From assembly GCA_038496445.1 (NCBI GenBank), contig JALMLS010000193.1, forward strand, positions 1 through 45,046: a DNA stretch of 45,046 bases. Reading direction: 5' to 3'. Positions 12,130 through 24,640 of the stretch are shown one piece after another (the first letter of the stretch is position 1; each line of letters begins with the position of its first letter). The position numbers and the translations under genes were made by a program. Source of the DNA: Trichosphaerium sp. ATCC 40318. Taxonomy: Eukaryota > Protista > Tubulinea. Under the pieces are notes generated by a model, which saw only the letters and a list, made by a program, of their open reading frames with translations, did no database searches and was not told the origin of the DNA.

Positions 12130-13459
12130 CTTGCAGGAAAAGCTGTTTTTGCTGTCTTCCCGGAAGGTAGACGGTCATACAGGGATTGGGTATCACAAGG
12201 TATTGTCGGGATTGTAGAGTGGTATGATACAACAAGCGATATTCGCCTAGGCAATGCAAACTACATAAAAATGTATGGAGGTAAGAAAATGTAGAACAAG
12301 ATCAAAAAGTACACTCGCCTTTGTGCTGTCTTGTTATTCTAAAGCTTTTTTTTTAGATTCTTTAAAGGGAATAGGAGTTCCTATTTTGGGACAAAGAGGG
12401 TTTGATTCGATAACAGATAATACAACAGTTACTTTTAAGTTTGGAGAAAATGAGTGGTATAATCTTTATTCTAGTCCCTGGGCTATTGGTACTTATTGAA
12501 GCCAACTCTGAATGGTGACTCTTACTTCATTTTAGTCACACACGTGATTTTAGTAACAACAACTTTAGCTGCGTTGGCTGTAGTAGTCACAAGGTAAGTA
12601 ACATTTTTTAGCGTTCGAATACAATCTAAGTTTGCTGGTAGGTTTGTGCAGTTTATCATCCTCGATGGATACCGTGTATCAATCGCTAAAGTTGCCCTGA
12701 GCGTGGAGATACTTAGTAATATACTTAGATTGTTTTGGTGTATTCCTGACCCTTTCGGCTATTTATTTGTCGTACCTGGATGGTACTTTAAAGCTCATTG
12801 TTTTATTGAAACTTAAATATTAAGTCACGTGTAGGTATGAAGAAGTATTCACTGTTTATCACACCAGCTTTGCTGTAGTATCCAACCTACTTATCGTACT
12901 TTACTGGCACGAATCAATGGTCTCATTGAGCCTGGAAGCTACACCATACCTCCGAAAGTTTGCAATACCTTTCTATATTCTAGCTGGAGGTATAGTACTA
13001 GTTGAGACTACCTTTGCTGCGATAAGAATCGCACTATTCACTAGGGCGAACTTTGATGCTCTTAACTTTGTTAATGCCGGATTCTATGCTGCAATTAACA
13101 CCTTGTTGATGATGTACCTAATCATTATCTCATATAAACTCTGGAAAAGACTTAGAAGTATATCAGATAATGGAGAAACAAATGCTATAATTTCAAGACA
13201 TTTTACACGTGTTACAGCAACTATAATCATTTTGTACTTACTTGGAGCAGGGGCAGTGATATGGTTAGCTTTGCCAGCGCCAAAGGATGACCCTCTAGGG
13301 AAACTACTATTCTGGCTATATATGTTTTGTTGCTTTAATTCTTTGTCTATTGTTCAGGCAGTTAGTTTTGTTCCTTCACGAATGTCAAAACCGTCATATG
13401 ACAGCAACAAACAATATCTATCAAATGTGTCATCGGTTACCCGTGCAACAAGACAATAA
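12130..13459 (+). CDS. Multi-pass (about 7 TM) membrane protein, THH1/TOM1- or GPCR-like, with an N-terminal extracellular segment; start unresolved
   Basis: Spliced product LAGKAVFAVF...GENEWYNLYSSPW...VEILSNILRLFWCIPDPFGY...LIVLYWHESM, then four more hydrophobic helices. A candidate ATG near 12016 could join through a phase-0 intron. Confidence 0.7.
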
Positions 13460-13697
13460 ATGAACTTAAGCCAAAGCAAACTTCTACACATGGATATTAA
13501 TGAACTTTTTATTTAAATACTTTTTCTAGAATGAGAACTCAATACACTTTAAATAGGTTAGCCTAAGCAAACTTGTGAACTACACCAAGGGCTTGTAGGT
13601 TGTTGAGTGTCATGGATGTAGATTTAGTGTTAATTTTTATTTGCATCCATAAGAATCAAATCAGTGTAACTTGTTTTGAATACGCTAGCGCATTCAG

Positions 13698-14610
13698 CTA
13701 CCAATAACTTAAATTATAGTGCTCCATCAATTCTCCATCCTTACGCCATTCTTTGTATTCTCCTGTTTTACGTCCATTTACAAGATAAAAGTGCTTATAC
13801 AAATTACCGTTATCATGCCACATTTTATACTCTCCTTCCAATACATCATTTTTATTCTGACACTTCTCCTTGAGTTGACCATTTTTGTACCAACTCTGAT
13901 ACATTCCATCTAGTACACCGTTTACATAAAACTTCTGTTCCAATAATTCTCCTGTTTCATACCATGTCTTGGACTCACCTTCATACTTATCATTAACAAA
14001 ATGATGCACCTCTTGTAATTGACCATTTGGATACCACTTCTTGAACTCTCCGTCTCGCTTACCATTGACATATTGACCATGAATTTTACTATCATCCTTA
14101 TGCCGTTCTTTATATTCTCCATGCTCTTTGCCATTGACATAATGACAATGTAGCATCAAGTTACCTTGACATCGGAACCATCTCATGTCATCCCATTCTT
14201 TCCACTCTCCATCACGTTTACCATCAACATAATGTCCAAGCTTGCACAATTGACAGAGAAAAGTACCATCAAAATAATACAGCTTTTGAAAACTATCACC
14301 ATACCACAGTTTATACACTCCATCACGTTTTCCGTGTTTCCAATGAAGTTCTTGTGTTTTTTCTTTGTGCTCTTGTATCCATTTCCCGTGTCTGTTTAAC
14401 TCTGTATCAAACCTAGTCATCGCTGTGTGTTTTGATAGCAATGGCCATAATTCATACACTACATGGTCTAAATCCATGATATCCAGCTGTATTTCCACTG
14501 GTAGACGTAAAAAGACGTTACACCCCGAGTTTGATGACTTTAAAAAGGAAATTAGTATTTTAGTCATATCTACTCTGTACCGCAATCGATACCTTGTGTT
14601 TTAATGCCAT
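13698..14610 (-). CDS. F-box-like + MORN-variant repeat protein, 2 exons (14610-14593, 14537-13698)
   Basis: ATG at 14610 gives MALKHK, then phase-0 intron 14592-14538 (GTATCG...ACTAAT...AAAG). F-box-like FLRLPVEIQLDIMDLD is followed by GEFKKWYPNGQL-type repeats. Confidence 0.88.
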
Positions 14611-15591
14611 CTTGTTGTTATACTGCAGGTTGAATCAATGCGTGGTTTATTAGGTCTTTTCGACAATTACAAAAGGGTACAAATGATAAAAAATTATTGT
14701 GGGATGTGGTTCACTGAAGTATAGAGTTTACGCTAGACAGTTGAGTAGAGCTAGATTACGTAAGCATTCCACAATGCTTAGCAGCTTTAAAACGTGCTGT
14801 TAAATGAGGATATGGAGTGTGAAAGCGTAAAAATATGTTGTGAGCGTGAAAAAAATTATTTACTAAAAAGACAAGATAGAGATGGCAGAAATACAACCCA
14901 GGCAGGTTACGGACGGAAACGCAAAAGGCCCGACGGTCCGCGGTCACAAAATCTCAGAACCTTCCATCTATTGACCTACTCACTGTGCATGTGATATCCC
15001 ATCGTTTTTTTTTCATAAGCCTAAAATAATTCAGTTTAGAAACTATTATTTCGCAGCTTAATGCTCGTAGGTAAGGGTTTATAGGAGTTAACCATTCGCA
15101 TTCGGGGCATTAAAGCAATGGGAGGTTGTTCTGTACACATATATCTTCGTTGGCAACCTATTGGAATAGATAACACCATATGATTATTAAGGTGATGTAT
15201 TCTCTTGGCCCAACAACAACAAAGACTATATTGCGTTGTGGCAATATGTTTAGCTGTACCTAAACTTCATACTAGCACATTAAACAATTAATCAAGAAGG
15301 GTTTGCATGTTGATTATAGAGCTTGTAGCACCTTAACATCGTAGCCACTCATCACAGTTGTGCCTACATCTGGAGGTGCTGTTAGCGCTGTTTAAAGTCA
15401 CGAATAGACAGTCAACCAATAGCCCCTTCGGTACGACCTCGCAGCAAAGGGGATCTCGCCTTTGTAGCAGTGGTTGAATAGTGCTACACTGATACAAGTA
15501 GAAGACTTTGATGTACCACCTTCAGTGAACCGCTGTTGTCAGTTTGTTTCTAAACTCTGTCGTTTAAACGAGCTTGCATCTTGGCTTCAAA

Positions 15592-16512
15592 ATGACTACT
15601 AAACGGCACATAACTATGTACCCGTCAAGCAAAGATGACACAAGCCTGTTTTCTTTGCCAATAGAGATACTTACCAATATTATTATCTGTAATGAACTCA
15701 CGTGGCAAGATTTAGCTTCTTTACAACAATCAAGCCATTATCTATGCGAAATAATACGAAATAACTCGGATTACATTTATCGACACCTGTACATTCAGAA
15801 ATGGGGTTCTGAAGCTCAAGAAATCGATTTTGCTGTCCATCAAAGCACTGCAGGTGCTATTAAGTTCCAACAAAGCCTGGGAATTACGGTGCCAGAGACC
15901 TCGTATAATCTCAACGCTATCACGTGGAAAGAAAAGTATCGAAACAAACTTATTCCAAATATCATCTCAGAGTTGGGTTGTAACTCCAAGCATGTTCATT
16001 TAGGACAGACAGTAACATTCACAATTACACTGGAGAATGTTGGTCACACAACAGAGCATGTATACCTCGGTTATGGAGCAAATCTTGGTGAATGTCATCT
16101 CATCAACAGTGGTGGAGCTATCTATATTTGGAACCCTCAAGTCAAAGGTGCACATGAGTTTCTCCACAACATCAGGACAAGTCGCTACAATCCTGATTTT
16201 CTGAAACCGTTGTTTCACTTTGACGCCAAATTGAATCCAGGAGATAAGCACACTTTTGAAATACCTATGCTGTTTCAAACAGCTAAAATCCAAACATTAC
16301 TCGGAGCAATACTATATGATTTGGTTCCAGGTGCCTTATCTCTTCAAGGAAGACTTTATGACGTTTGTATAGCCTGCCATAAAACACCAGATGTGTTTCC
16401 TCTTCAAGTATTTGCCATAGTCAGCACTCGAAAGGAAAGACACGTTCACAGTCACTGTTCAGTTGTTACGAGCAATGTTTTAAATCTTACAATGTACAAG
16501 TTATCCAAATAA
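15592..16512 (+). CDS. F-box protein with C-terminal beta-rich (Ig-like/DUF11-like) region, intronless
   Basis: First ATG at 15592 (MTTKRH). F-box LFSLPIEILTNIIICNELTWQDLASLQQSSHYLCEII. Ig-like strands VHLGQTVTFTITLENVG and LNPGDKHTFEI. Confidence 0.8.
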   Translation: MTTKRHITMYPSSKDDTSLFSLPIEILTNIIICNELTWQDLASLQQSSHYLCEIIRNNSDYIYRHLYIQKWGSEAQEIDFAVHQSTAGAIKFQQSLGITVPETSYNLNAITWKEKYRNKLIPNIISELGCNSKHVHLGQTVTFTITLENVGHTTEHVYLGYGANLGECHLINSGGAIYIWNPQVKGAHEFLHNIRTSRYNPDFLKPLFHFDAKLNPGDKHTFEIPMLFQTAKIQTLLGAILYDLVPGALSLQGRLYDVCIACHKTPDVFPLQVFAIVSTRKERHVHSHCSVVTSNVLNLTMYKLSK

Positions 16513-16825
16513 ACCAGTTTAACCACGCACATGTTCCACGTGATTATAATGGTTCAAAAGATTTGAATATGGGACACGAACATAAGTGGGTAGAGGGGCC
16601 TTCGCTGTTGATTAACATTGTAAGTTTATAATAGTCAGACAGTGATTTTCAATAGTGGTCGGTTCAAAACAAAAAAAAAAGCGAAAACTGTAGTGAAGTA
16701 AATGACTTCAAACGAGTTTGCTTAATATCAGTTATAACTTTCCTCTGCAAATAACAATTTTGGATTGGGTTTGTTAAATCACGTATTTAACTTCCGTCCA
16801 ATCTACCCGCGGGTTGATCCAAGCA

Positions 16826-17077
16826 ATGACGGAGGTTCAACCGGAGTTACTGCAAGATCGTTCTCTCCTCGTGTTCTCGCCACTTACCAAAAATAGTATT
16901 CCACGTGTTTTGAAATGCTTGGATTTGCGAGAAATTGTTCGATCTAAGGCGCTAAAAGACTAACACTGCTGAGACAGCCTTCAGCAATTGCAGTTCAAAG
17001 ACTGTTACTACAAAATTGACTTGAAGTACTTAAGTACTAGAGTCATTTCACAAAGGGTAAAAAGATAGAGCAGTGGT
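16826..17077 (+). pseudogene. Decayed F-box-like N-terminus, in frame with the downstream LRR ORF
   Basis: ATG 16826 is 84 codons upstream of, and in frame with, ATG 17078. It reads ...FSPLTKNSIPRVLKCLDLREIVRSKALKD, then stops at 16961 (TAA), 16970 (TGA) and 17066 (TAG). Confidence 0.6.
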
Positions 17078-17926
17078 ATGGAAACTAATTCCCATAAGCT
17101 TCGCAGTATTGAAGTCGAGAGCATCGATCAAATCAAAACCCTTGCCAGGAGTCCTTTACATAATACAGAGATTTCTTTGTTTAGCTTGAAAGACACGTTA
17201 ACAGACAGTCACTTGCGTTTACTGTCAGGTGTACATACTATCGACTTGTTGTACTGTAAGAAACTAACAGACAAGGGCGTACAGGCATTGGCTGGTGTAC
17301 ACACTATTTCTTTAGCATTTACCAATGTAACTGATGAAGGCGTCAAGGCATTGGCAGGTGTACATAAAATTGATTTAGCTTTTACTGGAGTCACAGATGA
17401 AGGTATTTCTGCATTGGCAGGCGTACATACTATTGATTTGTCTGGTTGCAAATTGATAACTAGTAAGGGTATTAAGCCACTGGCAGGCGTACACACTATT
17501 ACCTTAACTGGGTGTGAACTTATAACAGATGATGGTGTCAAGGCGTTGGCAGGAGTACACACTATCAACTTGCATTACTGCAAATCTATAACGGATGAAA
17601 GTGCCATGGCATTGGCAGGTGTACATTCTATTAATTTATCATGTACATCAGTTACAGACGAAGGTTTAAAGGCATTAGCAGGGGTACACACTATTGAACT
17701 AGCGTTGACAACAATAACAGATGAGGGTATCACGGCATTGGCAGGTGTACATACTATTAATTTATCGTGTACATCAGTGACAGATAAAGGTTTGAAGGCA
17801 TTGGTAGGGGTACACACTATCAACTTGACGTTTTGCAGTGAAATTACAGAGGATGGTATCAAGGCATTGGTGGGCGTACACAATTGCACACGAGATGACA
17901 AGACACACCCTTGGAGTTCATTGTGA
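17078..17926 (+). CDS. Tandem LRR protein (11 LxGVH units, 21-22 aa each), intronless
   Basis: Highly regular 63/66-nt repeats of the form LAGVHTIxLxxxxxTDxG; the nucleotide framework GCATTGGCAGGTGTACAYACTAT is strongly conserved. Confidence 0.88.
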   Translation: METNSHKLRSIEVESIDQIKTLARSPLHNTEISLFSLKDTLTDSHLRLLSGVHTIDLLYCKKLTDKGVQALAGVHTISLAFTNVTDEGVKALAGVHKIDLAFTGVTDEGISALAGVHTIDLSGCKLITSKGIKPLAGVHTITLTGCELITDDGVKALAGVHTINLHYCKSITDESAMALAGVHSINLSCTSVTDEGLKALAGVHTIELALTTITDEGITALAGVHTINLSCTSVTDKGLKALVGVHTINLTFCSEITEDGIKALVGVHNCTRDDKTHPWSSL

Positions 17927-18172
17927 CCAGACAAATCAATTTATCAAAATCAGTAAATTAACCCACAAATAAAACACATCCAGTTAAAACAGCTTATCAT
18001 ACAACAGCGCTAAACAATGTTGAGACAAGGTAATATTTTGTAAGTAAAGCTATCTGCTGTTTCCATTGGCTCATGACTTGCAGTTGGGCCCATTTTTCAT
18101 TTTTATTTTTGCACGTGCAAAAAGCTACGTAGATTAAAGGTGTTTGTAATTATCCGCATTTGTTTGCAAATT

Positions 18173-20550
18173 ATGCAAGTGGGACAACGAATGCAAGCAA
18201 ATAGAGGGTAGTTCGCTTTCTGTCGGGACAAGAACCCGACCTTCGCTTATCCTTACATATAAATTCTTACACTGCCAGTTTTGCTCGCACTACGTCAGCG
18301 CAGAAGAAGATTACACGTTGGTTTCTAACTGTTCACTGAACGTTTTTCAACCCCGCGTATTGATTACTGAAAACGACTTGTTTTTGGACTTAAATTCTGT
18401 GAAGTTATTAATAGATATCCAGACTAACTAGCGTTTGAGTTGAACAGCGTTTTATTATTACCTTTATAAAGCTGTATACTATTATTGCAGCAGAATGGGC
18501 TACAGATGGCATCCCTCAAATTGTTTATGGGTTATGACTTGTTGCGCATGTTTACCCATGTACGAGACGTTTTAAATGATAATTAAGCGGTTTATTGCTT
18601 TTTTTTGTCTCAAAATGCTAAAACGAGGTTTAAACTTTAAAACTAATGCTCACGTAGTGCGTCAATACTTAAAGTGATTATATTCATAGTTCCAGTCTCT
18701 TTGGCGATATTTTTATCGTGTACTCTCATAGCAATATTCTTTATACCGTTTAACTTAGTGTACGTATATCCTGGACGCGAATAAAGACGAATAGCATAAA
18801 AAAGAACAAAACTCAACCTTATTCGTCGTATTACTGCTTTTTTCTCTAAATGACCGCCTAGAATGACTGTATGGAGTCTTATATTCACAAAAAAAATAGG
18901 AATAAACCTAAAAATACTCACCTTCTTGTACGTCACGCATAATCTACCATAAAAAGAAAGTTCGTTCCGCCTGCTCGATATCACTGACTTTTTTTGGCTC
19001 TAGAATCCTACCTCTTGGATTTGTTCTTTGGGTACCAATGGTAATAGTAGGATCATTATTATTTGGTCTTGGATATGGAGTGTTTAAGCCTATAGAAGTC
19101 ACGTGGGTAGGTAGAATGACATCTGAAAATCACGAATACAAAAAAACAATTTATTTCGATTTCATTGGTTCTTATGGTCTTCGATTCTAGGATAAAAGTA
19201 ACAATCCAGTTCTTGGATATTGGGGAATCATAAAAGGAACATATCACATGATTAGGATATTTACAAAATACATTGCGGTAGGATACTTTAAGAAAATGAA
19301 AAAACTAAGAAATACTTCATTACCAGCTGGTGTACGTTTCTCCATCTCTTTCTTCATATTAACCAAACTGAGTTACAACTTTATCCTAATAAAACCATAA
19401 AAGAATTTTTGTTTTAACATTATCACGTGATTGGTTTCACTCAAAACCAAAAACTGTTCTAACTTTATTCTTAGAAAAAGCCGTTTGACATCAAGATATA
19501 TCGTACGTAACGAAAACTTACCATCTTTTAAACTAACTTCTTGTTTTAAACAGAGATTTTCTTCTGCTTATTAACTTCACTATGGACATTGATATTCTGC
19601 TTCATCTGTATTCTTATTGGGTACATAGTTAAGTTCGTACCAGGTGTTGTACGTATTACCCAAAAAATCATTGTTGTGCTTTCTTTAAAGAAGGACCAAA
19701 AGTGGTTCGACAGCCTGGGGTAGAAACCTCAACTAGACCCTCCTGAAAAGGATATTTGATGTTTTTCGTTTATTGATGTTGCCATGCTAACGTATGCTAG
19801 TGTAAATCATACTACTTCCTGTGGAAATTTTTTATCCATGAAACTGGTTGTGTTCTGAAAATGCTCCTGCTTATCCCCTTTATTCTTGCAAACATACTAC
19901 TTATTCCATTTGCTGCTGCTGCTACTCCTTTCGTCGCATTATCGGCTGTTTATCCAGCATTGGCAGTGGGTACGTACTTTGATTTCGTCGACATTGGTTT
20001 TTTCAAGCGTTTTTAATTTTAATTTTTTTTTCCCACTTACTCTTGCTTAGTCCCTGTTACATACACTTATGGTTTGGTTATGGGATTGTATTTCCCATTT
20101 TCTACAATAGCGTTTTATGATAAAGAAACGAACAGTTACATATTTGGGGGCGGTTACACATGCTTCAAATGCTGGAGAGTAGGTTACAAGGCAAAGAAAA
20201 AAAAAATGAAGCAAAAGAAACGTGCAAGAAAAGGTGGTGCAAGACCAGCTCCAGTACCAAGACCAACACCAACACCGACGCAAGCTCCACCACCACCAAA
20301 GCTGAAAAAGAAAAAAGTTGTACAGAACCAAGGTGCCCCTGTAGAAGAACTTGGTGCCGGTATGGCCGCACCTAATACAGGTGCATCTGCTTCGACTCCT
20401 GCTACTACTACAGCTCCGAAAACAAATAACGCAGCTGACGGTGCTGGAAACGTTAATGTGGATGATAGTAGCACTGCATCAAGCAAATCTTTCAAGGTGA
20501 AAAAACCAAACAAGTATGCAGTGAGTATTTCAGAGAGTTGTTCAATGTAG
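18173..20550 (+). CDS. Multi-pass membrane protein resembling the plant At3g27390 uncharacterised family, with a Lys/Pro-rich tail; multi-exon, 5' end tentative
   Basis: Spliced exons ASILKVIIFIVPVSLAIFLS, MTVWSLIFTKKIGINLKIL, LPLGFVLWVPMVIVGSLLFGLGYGVFKPI, KKPFDIK and VKFVPGVCKSYYFLW follow the motif order I recall for that family. Confidence 0.7.
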
Positions 20551-20936
20551 GAAGAGGTGCCTAACATAAAATAGAAAATAAAAGAAAATCTAGTTCAAAT
20601 TCTTTGACATAAATTATCTACCTTTCTACGTTTTCGATTTGACCACATTGTATCATACACTGTTGATGCCAATTTCACCAGTTGAAACACCACCAACCAT
20701 AGTAAGCTAAGGCAACGATACAGTGCCAATTAAATTCACTTCTTTCAAAAAAAGAAGAAGAAGCAGGAACTTCGTATACTCCACCCATTATTCCTTAGTA
20801 TGATATTATACTCATACTTCTAATCTAGATATATTGTAGTTCAGTGTACTAGAGTGAAGAGTATTGTATTTCTAGCTATACTTTATTGTATACAAAGATT
20901 CTTGCTTCTGTGTTAACTTTGAATAACCAAAACAAA

Positions 20937-22224
<1,288 letters not shown>

Positions 22225-23522
22225 CCGTCTTAGCCTTTCACCAGTCAATTGTTAAGTAAACTAAACTCACGTTGACCCAAATATAGACAAACGCCTAAAC
22301 ATGGCATTGTTAGATTGAAAATGTTATTTTGAGAAGAGTAACGGCGAAAAATAATTGAAGTTGCTTTTTTATTTCGTACGCAACATTTTTGGGTGTAACA
22401 CTAAATATTGTAATATGTAGTCCGCATGAAGTGCAATTTATTATTTCTGTATGATTGCCAACAGGTAATACACTTTGTTTGGCAACAAAGAAATAGTCTC
22501 GTACATGCTACGGGTGGCCTCAACAAAGCAACCATCGGCGTTGGAAAGCTAAATGCATCTAACTTTGGGAGGTTCACAATTTTCTTTCCATCCGATGAAT
22601 GGTATCTTGTAAGAGATAAAGAAATTCACGCCTTCTAAATTCACACCATTGTCAGCAGTTTATTGCACTCCCAATGATGATAAGAGCTCTTCCTATACAT
22701 ACGAAATTAGCACAATTCAATCGTTAAAACATAACAGGATGACAATACACAAACTCCACTGACCTGAAAAAAGTAAGAAAGACATATTGAGAGAAGCATG
22801 TTAAACTCAAGCCTTTTGTTATTAATCGTAAAGGTAACAACCAGCAATGACTTTTTAACAATTAAAATGTTGTTCCGATTTAAGTTGCTCAGGTAAGCAC
22901 AAAACCTAAAGCCTTTTTGTGGAGAGCTCATTCCGTGTTTGATTAGATCACAAATTACATGTGTCAAGACATTGCGATTACGTAAAACAATCCTATTGAT
23001 GCATGCATCGTACCATCGCAGTCACCTTTAATAGTACCATGACCATTTCGTACTTCCAAATCTGGCAAATGGATCATGGGCACTGTCAGGAGCAGCGATT
23101 GGCTCCATTTGATTAGGTAATGTATCTTGAGCTAGCTCTAAAAGACTTGGTATGACTGTATGTGATCTCTTATGACTATAACGAGTTATAATACAGTTCC
23201 AGTGTTAGGTGTGAGAGAGAAAATAGTATACACAAAGTACACTCTTATTCCAACTAACAACAACATTTGAAATGTTTTCAACTCAATATCTGCGTCATCC
23301 ACAATGTAAACCCAAGGGTTTAAGTTTCTTGGCAGATTGTCCAAAATCTCAGCCAAAATCCTATGGCTTGATTACCAGTTATATGCACAAAAATCACAGA
23401 ACTATAAGTTTCATTCCTTCCAAAGTTAAGAACCTTCCAAACGAGGATTTGACATTCTAGCCTAACGCACCCAAAGTCGTTGAAAGTCTACATAAAAAAA
23501 CAAGTCCTGCGTCTTGTAATGC

Positions 23523-24579
23523 ATGTTTAGTCTTTTGCACGGCACGTACAAGTATCTATTTGCACCAAAACGGTTTGCCGTTGTTATATTAGGTTTAGAT
23601 AATGCTGGAAAGACGGTAAGTAGTACTTTAATGCGGTTGTAATGAGTTTCTAATAACCAAAGACGTTGCTAGAAAAAACCAAGCAAATTCTTACAGATGG
23701 GCCTACAATCGATCCCTCACGCATTATTCCTACTGTAGGTCTCAATAGTACGCGTTTTAAGTAATAATTAAAGTAATACTGACAAATACACGTGAAAGTC
23801 GGTAATGTTCATGTTAATAAGGTTGAAATCAATTTTTGGGACCTCGGAGGTGAAGTAAGCGCAAATTCTACTCATAAGAGATGTTTAGATATCTACAATA
23901 CAAAAATCTAAACTTCCTTAACAAAGGCTGGCCTTCGTGGTATATGGAACAGATACATAGAAGACGCTAATGCGTATATTTTTTGCGTTGGTACGACACC
24001 AGCAACTTTTTTTTTGAAAGAAAAGAAAAAATTCTCTAGCGTCTCTACGTGCCGTGCTGCGCCCTTGTTGATGTTGATTACTTTAGATGCAACTGATGAA
24101 AGCAGATTTGATGAAGCTTTGAGAGTATTCAATGACTTGATGCGTCGTAGTGAGACAGATGAGCGTCCTGTATTAATATTAGCAAATAAATGTGAAGAAG
24201 ACTCATCCCACTCTGCAAGAGAAATCCAAGACGTTTTACAAATCCTAGTACGTCTTAACTAAAATGTCCGTTTACTCAAATACAAACAAGTAGATGGAAT
24301 AGTCAGAAAAATCAACTATTTTTTTTTTTGCTGTTTTTTTTTTATTTTAGAACACTATGTTACATTCTTATTACTGTACAAGGATAGTAGAGGTGATCGC
24401 GAACGTTTTAAAATTCTTTCTGTTTCAGCGAAAACAGGGTACTTAAAAAGTCAATAGACTTCTTTTTTGAACGACTACACACCAGAAACTAACTTATTAA
24501 TCATAGCCATGGTATAGAACACGCTGTAAATTGGCTTTCTGGAGCGTTACAGAACAAGTCCATTGCGCGTAGTGTATAG
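23523..24579 (+). CDS. ARFRP1: ADP-ribosylation factor-related protein 1 (ARFRP1, yeast Arl3-type GTPase), multi-exon
   Basis: MFSLLHGTYKYLF N-terminus without Gly2, ILGLDNAGKTT, IIPTVGLNIG, FWDLGGE, LILANK, VSAKTG. Confidence 0.92.
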
Positions 24580-24640
24580 TTGAACAAATAAACGCCTATT
24601 TCTTTTTTTTAAACACCCTGACACCCTTACGGTACCTCTC

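Noticed and set aside
15421-15490. Two adjacent hairpins (CCCCTT..AAGGGG and TGTAGCA..TGCTACA) as a tRNA or snoRNA
   Set aside because: No cloverleaf, no A/B boxes and no convincing H/ACA or C/D boxes.
16961-17068. Alternative genetic code (stop readthrough)
   Set aside because: Conserved genes in the window end at TAA, TAG and TGA and have no internal stops.
1142-17926. Endogenous giant virus or provirus
   Set aside because: No capsid, polymerase, packaging ATPase or integrase gene; the repeat genes have spliceosomal introns and are interleaved with host genes.
17209-17934. Minus-strand 119-aa repetitive ORFs, and similar alternative-frame ORFs over 38937-39596
   Set aside because: Shadows of the LRR and MORN repeats on the other strand or in other frames.
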